DNA of 11,180 bases. It comes from Vulcanimicrobiaceae bacterium (lineage in GTDB: Bacteria > Vulcanimicrobiota > Vulcanimicrobiia > Vulcanimicrobiales > Vulcanimicrobiaceae). Below, piece after piece: positions 1-10,285 of this stretch (positions within the stretch are counted from its first letter, which is position 1; each line of letters opens with the position of its first letter). A program made the position numbers and the translations under genes. The DNA lies in contig JBHEMM010000010.1 of NCBI GenBank assembly GCA_046262595.1, positions 41,586 to 52,765 of the forward strand, read 5' to 3'. Below the pieces are notes generated by a model, which worked only from the letters and a program-made list of their open reading frames with translations, did not search any database and had not been told where the DNA came from.

Positions 1-2
1 GG

Positions 3-1010
3 CGCGGCCCCTATGCGACCGATGCGCAGCACGTTTCGGTCGAGTTCATTCATCCGGTGATCGTCGGCAAGCGCGCGCTGCCGGCGCTGGATGTGAGCGC
101 GGCGCCGCTGCCGTGGATCGAAGCGCTGGCGGGGCCGCACGATATGGTGATGGCCTTCGGTCCGCCCGAACACGATCCGCAGGCCGCCGAGCCGCTCGCT
201 GCGGCGCGCGCACGCGGCGCGATGACGATCGGCTGGCCGTTCTCCGTCGCGCACTATGCGGTCGAATCGCCGGCTTGCGATACGCACGTGCATCAGGAAC
301 TGTTCGAACTGCTCGGGCACACGCTGTACGAGTCGGTGCACGTTTTCCTGGAGCACCTCTCGCAGCACGAAACGGTGCCCGGCGCCGGTTTTCTGTATCC
401 GTTTCTGGGCGGCTCGCGGGAATCCGACGCCTCGCTCTTGGACAGCGTTGCGGCGTCCGTCGGGCGCAAATGCGCCGATGCCGGTGCGCTGCGCACGCGC
501 GTAGCCGGCGAGCAGCTTGGCGCGATTGCGGCCGCCGTGCATGCGGTGAAGGCGCGAATCGAACTCGGAGGGCGCATCCTGGCCTTCGGAAACGGCGGCT
601 CGGCGACGGATGCAACGGATTTCGCCCTGGACTGTATCTGCGCGGACGGCGGCTGGGCGCCGGTGCCGGCTCTCTCGCTGGCGCTTGAGCCGGCGGTCAT
701 CACCGCGACGGCAAACGACGTGGGAGCGGATCTGATCTTCCTGCGTCAACTGATCGCGCAGTCCAAACCGCACGATGTGGCGTTCGCCTTTTCGACCAGC
801 GGCGGTTCGCGCAACATCGTGGCGGCACTTGAAGAAGCGAAGCGCCGCGGCCTGCTTACCATCGCATTGCTCGGTTACGACGGAGGCGAGGTCGTGCGCC
901 GCGCTTTGGCCGACATAGCGATCGTCGTTCCGTCCGACGATATTCCGCGCATTCAGGAAGCGCAAGGGACGATTTACCACGTCATCAGGGAAGCGCTCGG
1001 CAATGCTTGA
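3..1010 (+). CDS. Tandem SIS-domain (GmhA/phosphoheptose isomerase-like) protein, hydrogenase-cluster type; 5' end outside the window
   Basis: The frame is open from base 3 (RGPYATDAQHVSVEFIHPVIVGKRALPA...), so the GTG at 57 is internal. The second domain has the GmhA hallmarks GNGGSATDA (from 588), TATANDVG, FSTSGGSRNI and RIQE...H. The stop TGA overlaps the next ATG (ATGCTTGA, 1003-1010). Confidence 0.85.
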   Translation, partial: RGPYATDAQHVSVEFIHPVIVGKRALPALDVSAAPLPWIEALAGPHDMVMAFGPPEHDPQAAEPLAAARARGAMTIGWPFSVAHYAVESPACDTHVHQELFELLGHTLYESVHVFLEHLSQHETVPGAGFLYPFLGGSRESDASLLDSVAASVGRKCADAGALRTRVAGEQLGAIAAAVHAVKARIELGGRILAFGNGGSATDATDFALDCICADGGWAPVPALSLALEPAVITATANDVGADLIFLRQLIAQSKPHDVAFAFSTSGGSRNIVAALEEAKRRGLLTIALLGYDGGEVVRRALADIAIVVPSDDIPRIQEAQGTIYHVIREALGNA

Positions 1011-1233
1011 GCTCTATGGAACGGCGAGTTGTCCGTATACGCTGCAGCTGCGCGAAGAGCTGGAATGGAAAGGCGAGCCGTTCACCGAGTACGACGTCGA
1101 GCAGGACGCGCGAGCGTTTGCGCGCATGATTGCGATGAGCGGCGGGAACTGCACCGTTCCGGTGCTCGTGCAAGGCGGGCGCATCGTGCAAACGGGTTAT
1201 GAAGGGCGCGGCTGTTACGTCAAACGCGCTTGA
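1003..1233 (+). CDS. Glutaredoxin-like protein (76 aa, CPYT monothiol-type motif, C-terminal GRGC)
   Basis: LYGTASCPYT active-site segment, EYDVE, cis-Pro TVPVL motif and Grx/NrdH-like size. It overlaps both the SIS gene and hypF, consistent with translational coupling. Confidence 0.85.
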   Translation: MLELYGTASCPYTLQLREELEWKGEPFTEYDVEQDARAFARMIAMSGGNCTVPVLVQGGRIVQTGYEGRGCYVKRA

Positions 1234-3502
1234 GGAAGCGCGCCGTCTGCAGGTGCGCGGCGTGGTGCAAGGCGTGGGATTCCGACCGTTCGTCTACCGT
1301 CTGGCGATGCAGTACGGCGTACGCGGATGGGTGATGAACGGCGTCGACGGCGTAGCGATTCACGCGCAGGGCGAAGGCGAAGCGCTCAGTGCGTTCGCGC
1401 GTGCCGTGCGCGAAGGGCCGCCGCCCGCAGCGCGCATCAGCTCCATGGACGTGCAGCCGGCGGCGCTCGAACGTTTTGACCGTTTCGAGATCCGCACGAG
1501 CGAACGAGCGGGCGTTGTTTCCGTGCGGGTCAGCGCGGATCTCCCCGTTTGTGAAGCGTGCTTGCGCGAACTGTTCGACCCGGCGGACCGCCGCTTCGGC
1601 TATCCGTACATCAACTGCACCGACTGCGGGCCGCGGTACTCCATTGTGACCGGACTGCCCTACGATCGCGCGCAGACGACGATGCGCGAGTGGCCGATGT
1701 GCACGGCGTGCCGCTCGGAATACGACGATCCCTCGAACCGGCGCTTTCACGCCGAACCGGTTGCGTGTCCCGATTGCGGGCCGGCCTACGTTTTGGAAGA
1801 GAAAGGGCGCAACCGGCGCGGCGCGGACGCGATCGCGCATGCCGCCGCGCTGCTGCGCGAGGGAGCGATCGTCGCCGTGAAAGGTTTGGGCGGGTATCAC
1901 TTAGCGTGCGATGCGCGCAACGCGCAAACGCTCGCGGCGCTGCGCGAACGTAAGTATCGCAAGGAGCGTCCATTCGCGTTGATGGTCCGCACGCTCGAGG
2001 AAGCCGCGCGCCTGGCCGCATTCGATGAAAGCGCGCGCGAGCTATTGCGCTCGGCCGCGCGTCCGATCGTGCTCGCGCCCGCGGTATGCGAACTGCCCGG
2101 CGTCGCGCCCGAAAACGAGGAGTACGGCGTCATGCTCGCTTATGCGCCGGTGCAGCATCTGCTTTTTGCGGCGGGGGCGCCGGACGTACTGGTGATGACC
2201 AGCGCAAATCGCTCGAGCGAACCGATCGCGTTCCGCGACGCGGATGCGCGTGCAACGCTCGGCGGGATCGCCGATGCATTTCTGATCGGCGAGCGCGAGA
2301 TCGCGCGGCGCGTCGACGACTCGATCGCGCGGACCGTTGCGGGCGCGCCCGCGCTCGTGCGGCACGCGCGCGGCTATGCGCCGCAAGCCGTTGCGCAGTT
2401 GCCGTGCAGCGAACCGATCCTTGCCGCGGGTGCGGATTTGAAGAACGCGGTTGCGCTCGTCGTGCGCGGAGAAGTGTTCGTCAGCCAGCACGTCGGCGAT
2501 CTGGAATTTTTCGACGCGTTTGAGTCGTTCAAATCGGCCATCGCGGATCTGCGCGAGCTGTACGGCTTGAGCGACGCGCCGCTGCGCGTTGCGTACGATG
2601 CGCATCCCGGCTATGCGTCCTCGAATTACGCGCTGCAAATACCCGGCGAGAAGCATCCGGTGCAGCATCATCGCGCGCACGTTGCAAGCGTGCTCGCAGA
2701 ACGCCACGCGTTCGAAGAGCGCGTTCTGGGCTTTGCGTTCGACGGAACGGGCTACGGCGAAGACGCAACGATCTGGGGCGGCGAAATCTTCGCCGGCAGT
2801 TTGAATGACGGCTTCGAGCGCGTCGCGCACCTGCGCGCGGCAAAGCTGCCCGGGGGCGATGCCGCGGCGCGCTTTCCGGTGCAGAGCGCGGCGGGTTTTC
2901 TTTTCGATGCCGATGTGGATCTGCTTGCGCCGCCGTTCGATTTTCCCAAACGGTATGCGTGGGCGCGTGAGATGGCACGCTCGGGCATGCGCACCTTCGA
3001 GACGACGTCGGTGGGACGGCTGTTCGACGCCGTTGCGGCGCTGCTGGGATTCACGCGCGCGATCACGTTCGAGGGACAGGCCGCCATGTGGGTGGAGCAT
3101 TTGGCACGCCAGAGCGCTCCGGTGCGCGCGTATGCGTTTCCGTTCGCCGCCGGTGAACTCGATTATCGTCCGCTGCTCGCCGCAATCGTTCGCGATCGCA
3201 TCAGGGGACGCGACCGGCGCGAGATCGCGCGCGCGTTTCACGGGGCGCTGGCAGCCGGCATTCTTTGCGCGGCATCGGCGTACGGTATCGAGCGGGTCGT
3301 GACATCGGGCGGCGTCTTCCAAAATGCGCTGCTGGCGGAGCAGCTCTGGAACGCGTTAGGAGACCGGTTGTGGACGAACCGCATCGTGCCGGCGAACGAC
3401 GGCGGCATCTGCTTGGGGCAAGCGGCGCTGGCATGCGCCGCGATGCGTTCTACCGGGGGGCTCGCAACGGTTCAGCGCGTGCAACCGGGATGCGGAAGCT
3501 GA
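1199..3502 (+). CDS. hypF: Carbamoyltransferase HypF ([NiFe]-hydrogenase maturation)
   Basis: N-terminal acylphosphatase motif VRGVVQGVGFRPFVYRLA; two zinc fingers (CEAC/CTDCGPRY, CTAC/CPDCGP); YrdC-like KGLGGYHLACDA; Kae1-like QHHRAH, DGTGYG, GGVFQN and PANDGGICLGQA. The exact start codon is uncertain. Confidence 0.97.
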   Translation: MKGAAVTSNALEEARRLQVRGVVQGVGFRPFVYRLAMQYGVRGWVMNGVDGVAIHAQGEGEALSAFARAVREGPPPAARISSMDVQPAALERFDRFEIRTSERAGVVSVRVSADLPVCEACLRELFDPADRRFGYPYINCTDCGPRYSIVTGLPYDRAQTTMREWPMCTACRSEYDDPSNRRFHAEPVACPDCGPAYVLEEKGRNRRGADAIAHAAALLREGAIVAVKGLGGYHLACDARNAQTLAALRERKYRKERPFALMVRTLEEAARLAAFDESARELLRSAARPIVLAPAVCELPGVAPENEEYGVMLAYAPVQHLLFAAGAPDVLVMTSANRSSEPIAFRDADARATLGGIADAFLIGEREIARRVDDSIARTVAGAPALVRHARGYAPQAVAQLPCSEPILAAGADLKNAVALVVRGEVFVSQHVGDLEFFDAFESFKSAIADLRELYGLSDAPLRVAYDAHPGYASSNYALQIPGEKHPVQHHRAHVASVLAERHAFEERVLGFAFDGTGYGEDATIWGGEIFAGSLNDGFERVAHLRAAKLPGGDAAARFPVQSAAGFLFDADVDLLAPPFDFPKRYAWAREMARSGMRTFETTSVGRLFDAVAALLGFTRAITFEGQAAMWVEHLARQSAPVRAYAFPFAAGELDYRPLLAAIVRDRIRGRDRREIARAFHGALAAGILCAASAYGIERVVTSGGVFQNALLAEQLWNALGDRLWTNRIVPANDGGICLGQAALACAAMRSTGGLATVQRVQPGCGS

Positions 3503-3827
3503 TGTGCGTGCCTTGTGAGGTCGCTTCCATGGACATCGGCAGACTCGTGCCCTCGAGAATCGCGTTGCGCAGCTCGCCCTGAGTGCTGTTAACCGCCGGG
3601 GTGCCCTGGGTGTAAATGTGCACGGCTGGGCCGCCGACCGCGCGCTCGATAATGATCGCGAGGGCCAGGTGGCCGCGCTCCATCTCGGCGCCGAGCAGCT
3701 CCCCCAAAACTGTCTCGACTGCGTAGAGGTCGGCTCCCTTGTTGGTGAGGCTTTTAAGCTGCTCGATGACTGCGTGGCGCACTTTGGCGACCGAGTAGGC
3801 ATCCGCAGCGTCGATCGACCAACGCAC
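3450..3827 (-). CDS. Hypothetical protein resembling a degenerate RsbW-type (HATPase_c) anti-sigma factor fold
   Basis: 125-aa ORF with a GTG start that fills the gap between hypF and the DUF2231 gene. The pattern AKVRHAV...DLYAVETVLGELL...GTHISFRIP resembles the RsbW/SpoIIAB helix and terminal GTxV/I strand, but the N/G boxes are missing. Confidence 0.6.
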   Translation of the reverse strand: MRWSIDAADAYSVAKVRHAVIEQLKSLTNKGADLYAVETVLGELLGAEMERGHLALAIIIERAVGGPAVHIYTQGTPAVNSTQGELRNAILEGTSLPMSMEATSQGTHISFRIPVARAEPLRAPR

Positions 3828-3897
3828 TTAACGGGGGAGCCCTTTCAAGAGTTCGTGCAAGCTCTATCCCCTGCTTTGCGGATCACAAAACGCCCGG

Positions 3898-4485
3898 TTA
3901 GTTGGAACGCATGAGCAGTGCGCGCATGCGTTGCGTAAAGGTTTCGTAACGAAAGCCGGCTTCGCGCTGGTGTTCTTCGTCTGCAACGCGCACGCCGTAG
4001 CCGTACGCAAGGACGCCGCCGAGCCAGCCGGAGATGCCCAGCGCGCCCGCGGTGGCTAGAGAGATGCCGCGCTGCTGCCACGTCACGGCATCGGCGTTGC
4101 GCTCCTCCGATGCGCGCAGCGAATCGCGCCGGCTCGCGCTGCCGATCGCGAAAAGGGCGATGGCACTTGCGTTAAGGGTGAGATGCGCGACACCGACGTA
4201 CCAGGCGCGCGTGCCCCGCGGGATCTTCAGAAAGTCGAGCAGCCCGAAGACCGCCGCCAAAAGCGCCGTGCCGTTGCCGATATCGATCAGGGTCTTCGCC
4301 CCGACGGCGTACGCGCGCGGCTCTTTACCCGCCGCGCCGAGCAAGTCGAAAGCGATGCTCGACACCCATGCGCCGATGGGGACGGTGACAAACATCGGAT
4401 GCAGCGGGTGTCCGTACGGGCCCGAAAGCCGCGAGAGCGGTTCCTTGGCCGCCTTGAAGGGCGGGGTCACGGCATGCTCGTTCAT
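3898..4485 (-). CDS. DUF2231-family membrane protein (~195 aa)
   Basis: GHPLHPMFVTVPIGAWVSSIAFD signature, about four hydrophobic helices, AHLTLN and GWLGGVLAYGYGVRV. The ATG at 4485 (MNEHAV...) is preferred over the 4542 start in the ORF track. Confidence 0.85.
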   Translation of the reverse strand: MNEHAVTPPFKAAKEPLSRLSGPYGHPLHPMFVTVPIGAWVSSIAFDLLGAAGKEPRAYAVGAKTLIDIGNGTALLAAVFGLLDFLKIPRGTRAWYVGVAHLTLNASAIALFAIGSASRRDSLRASEERNADAVTWQQRGISLATAGALGISGWLGGVLAYGYGVRVADEEHQREAGFRYETFTQRMRALLMRSN

Positions 4486-4582
4486 ACACTCGTTTTGCCC
4501 GTCCGCGGCGCGCTTGTCACGCGTGCGTTTCTTTTTACGCAAGCAGCGGATTAAGGCGCATCCAACCGCCGGGCGGCCGCGT

Positions 4583-4588
4583 TATGAT
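4583..4588 (+). promoter_or_regulatory. Putative -10 element (TATGAT) for leaderless transcription of the 54-aa ORF
   Basis: TATGAT lies exactly 6 nt before the ATG at 4595 and there is no Shine-Dalgarno sequence. Confidence 0.5.
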
Positions 4589-4594
4589 CACCGT

Positions 4595-4759
4595 ATGTCC
4601 GTGAACACGTTCGCCCATCCCTATGCCACCCAGCTGGTCGCGCTGTGGCTTTCCTTCATTCCCGTCGCCGGCGTGGCCGGTATCATGATAGCGGCGTTGG
4701 TCCGCGGCGACCGCGGCAGTGCCCGCCTGGGCCACATCCGCGTTCCGTCCGGCGAGTAG
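4595..4759 (+). CDS. Small single-pass membrane protein (54 aa), hypothetical
   Basis: MSVNTFAHPYATQLVALWLSFIPVAGVAGIMIAALVRGDRGSARLGHIRVPSGE: one ~23-aa hydrophobic helix followed by basic residues, with GC-rich third codon positions. It is the 3' part of track ORF 4034..4759. Confidence 0.6.
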   Translation: MSVNTFAHPYATQLVALWLSFIPVAGVAGIMIAALVRGDRGSARLGHIRVPSGE

Positions 4760-4788
4760 TTGCACCGCCCAGGAGGTGGTGCTATAAT
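4760..4788 (+). promoter_or_regulatory. Near-consensus sigma70 promoter of rpoB
   Basis: TTGCAC (4760-4765), 17 nt, TATAAT (4783-4788), with an extended -10 TG at 4780-4781. Predicted transcription start ~4795-4797. Confidence 0.85.
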
Positions 4789-4794
4789 TCCTGT

Positions 4795-4900
4795 CTATGC
4801 CCGGCGCCCGTTAACGGCATATTAGAAGAAGAACGAGTCCCTCTGCTTGGCGGCCAGAGGACGTCTCTCGTTCTTTTTGACGTGCGCGCCCGGGTAATAG
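4795..4900 (+). promoter_or_regulatory. Structured 5' leader of rpoB, candidate attenuator or cis-regulatory RNA
   Basis: AAGAAGAACGAG (4826-4837) pairs with CTCGTTCTTTTT (4867-4878); inner stem CCTCTG/CAGAGG (4840-4845/4855-4860); outer stem 4795-4807 pairs with 4886-4900 with two bulges. Confidence 0.55.
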
Positions 4901-4930
4901 CGTATTCTTTTGGTTCAAGAAAGAGAAGTA

Positions 4931-8854
<3,924 letters not shown>

Positions 8855-8870
8855 CGCAGACGATGCGTAC

Positions 8871-8902
8871 AGGCGGTGCAGAAATGCACCGCCTTGTTCT
8901 TT
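8871..8902 (+). terminator. Intrinsic terminator downstream of rpoB
   Basis: Perfect 10-bp stem AGGCGGTGCA/TGCACCGCCT with a GAAA tetraloop, followed by TGTTCTTT, 16 nt after the rpoB stop. Confidence 0.85.
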
Positions 8903-8932
8903 AATCTGCGGCGGCGGATCGCACGCTGGACC

Positions 8933-8938
8933 TACAAT
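8933..8938 (+). promoter_or_regulatory. Possible -10 element (TACAAT) for the GNAT gene
   Basis: TACAAT in the intergenic region after the rpoB terminator and 35 nt before the GNAT ATG; no clear -35. Confidence 0.35.
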
Positions 8939-8973
8939 CGGCGGCACTGCCGCAGGAGCGAGTCGCAACACTC

Positions 8974-9441
8974 ATGGCGCAGCCGGTACGCATCCGTTTA
9001 GCGAACGCCGCAGACGGCGGCTTCATCGAACGCCTCGTCCCCCGGTTTGCCGAGTCGGGCGTTCCGCCGTGGCGCACGCGTGAAGAGATCGAAACCGGGA
9101 CGCTGCGGCAGCTGTTGGCGGCGCTTGCGGCGGGCGATGCTGCGGATTCGGCCATCTTTATCGCGACCGATGCAGCGGGCGGCGCGCTCGGATTCGTGTG
9201 GGTCGTCTTGACGGACGACTTCTATGGGGGGCCGCCGATGGGAAAAATCTCCGAGATCGCCGTCGAAGAAAGCGGCAAAGGCACCGGACGCGCGCTCATG
9301 CAGGCGGCGGAAGCCTGGGCCTGCAGGCGCGGCGCGCGCCTGATGCTGCTCAATGCGCTCCAGAACAACGCGTACGGCCGCCGTTTCTATGCGTTGCAGG
9401 GTTACGAGCCGGAATACACGGCCTTCGTGAAGCGGCTCTAG
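8974..9441 (+). CDS. GNAT-family N-acetyltransferase (155 aa)
   Basis: IRLANAAD start, IFIA..GFV strand pair, acetyl-CoA motif A (IAVEESGKGTGRALMQAAEAWA) and motif B (NNAYGRRFYALQGY). Confidence 0.9.
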   Translation: MAQPVRIRLANAADGGFIERLVPRFAESGVPPWRTREEIETGTLRQLLAALAAGDAADSAIFIATDAAGGALGFVWVVLTDDFYGGPPMGKISEIAVEESGKGTGRALMQAAEAWACRRGARLMLLNALQNNAYGRRFYALQGYEPEYTAFVKRL

Positions 9442-9536
9442 TCCGAGCGGCTCGACTCGTAGGCGCCCCCCACGAAGAACACCGCCATGATCAGCATGAA
9501 ACCGATGCAAACCGCGTAGACCAAAGGTATATTCAT
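9438..9536 (-). CDS. Small membrane peptide (32 aa), hypothetical
   Basis: MNIPLVYAVCIGFMLIMAVFFVGGAYESSRSD, one hydrophobic helix. AAGAG lies ~8 nt upstream of the ATG. Its stop shares the CTAG (9438-9441) with the convergent GNAT stop. Confidence 0.55.
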   Translation of the reverse strand: MNIPLVYAVCIGFMLIMAVFFVGGAYESSRSD

Positions 9537-9597
9537 CGCGGCACTCTTTTGAAGATCGCAAGAGAAATCCCGCCCGGCGCAAAATGCTTGCGGCGTC

Positions 9598-10158
9598 TTG
9601 GCAAAATTGTATTTCCGGTATTCGGCAATGAACGCGGGCAAGTCCACCGCCCTGCTTCAGGTGGCGCACAATTACGAAGAGAACGGCCGCCGCGTGCGCA
9701 TTTATACCGCCGCGATCGACCGCCGCCACGGCCCGGGAAACGTGACCTCGCGTTTAGGCCCGCAGCGCAAGGTGGAAACGTTCGACGAGCGGCTCAACTT
9801 CGGCGAGGACCTGCGCGTGCACCGCGATGTATCGTGCGTGCTCGTGGACGAAGCGCAATTCTTGCAGCCCGCACAAGTTCGCGAGCTGCACCGCATCGCG
9901 CACGTCTGGAATATGCCCGTGATCTGCTACGGCATACGTACCGATTTTTTGGGCGAACCGTTTCCGGGATCCGCGCACCTGCTCGCGCTCGCGGACAGTC
10001 TGGAAGAGGTCAAAAATATCTGCGCGTGCGGCAAGAAGGCCACGATGAACGTTCGCGTCGACGTGAATGGAAAGCGCGTGCTGCACGGCGAGCAAGTCGC
10101 GATTGAAGGCAGCGCGCTGTACATTCAAACATGCGGCAATTGTTTTTATGCTACGTAG
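9598..10158 (+). CDS. tdk: Thymidine kinase (TK1-type)
   Basis: MAKLYFRYSAMNAGKST (P-loop), VLVDEAQF (Walker B), YGIRTDF, zinc-site CACG...CGNC; TTG start; 186 aa. Confidence 0.97.
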   Translation: MAKLYFRYSAMNAGKSTALLQVAHNYEENGRRVRIYTAAIDRRHGPGNVTSRLGPQRKVETFDERLNFGEDLRVHRDVSCVLVDEAQFLQPAQVRELHRIAHVWNMPVICYGIRTDFLGEPFPGSAHLLALADSLEEVKNICACGKKATMNVRVDVNGKRVLHGEQVAIEGSALYIQTCGNCFYAT

Positions 10159-10229
10159 CAATACGACGCGGGCGTGACAGTGTGAGGGTTTGTTTGGTAA
10201 TGCGCGCGACAAACGAGCGCGGAGAAAAC

Positions 10230-10245
10230 TTCGTTTTTTCGTTTT
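10230..10245 (+). repeat. Tandem 8-bp direct repeat TTCGTTTT x2, possible operator or UP element
   Basis: Exact copies at 10230-10237 and 10238-10245, just upstream of a -35 hexamer. A related inverted copy AAACGAG lies at 10211-10217. Confidence 0.45.
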
Positions 10246-10246
10246 A

Positions 10247-10276
10247 TTGCAGCGGGGGCCGCGTGAGGCGTAGAAT
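10247..10276 (+). promoter_or_regulatory. Putative sigma70 promoter for the RHH-like gene
   Basis: TTGCAG (10247-10252), 18 nt, TAGAAT (10271-10276), with an AT-rich upstream tract. The ATG is only 9 nt downstream of the -10. Confidence 0.6.
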
Positions 10277-10285
10277 AGGTACGAC

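Noticed and set aside
3..1010. Assigning gmhA (LPS heptose biosynthesis)
   Set aside because: The tandem architecture, altered catalytic residues and hypF context argue against a canonical GmhA, so no symbol was given.
1231..1233. TGA of the glutaredoxin read as selenocysteine
   Set aside because: The candidate redox position is already Cys (TGT 1213-1215), the TGA falls at the expected protein end, and readthrough would run out of frame through hypF.
1220..3322. Minus-strand ORFs 1220..1900 and 2042..3322 and the alternative-frame ORFs within hypF
   Set aside because: They fully overlap a well-supported hypF and have the Arg/Ala-rich composition typical of non-coding frames.
4034..4594. 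5' part of the 241-aa plus-strand ORF 4034..4759
   Set aside because: Antisense to the DUF2231 gene; only the part from ATG 4595 looks like a real gene.
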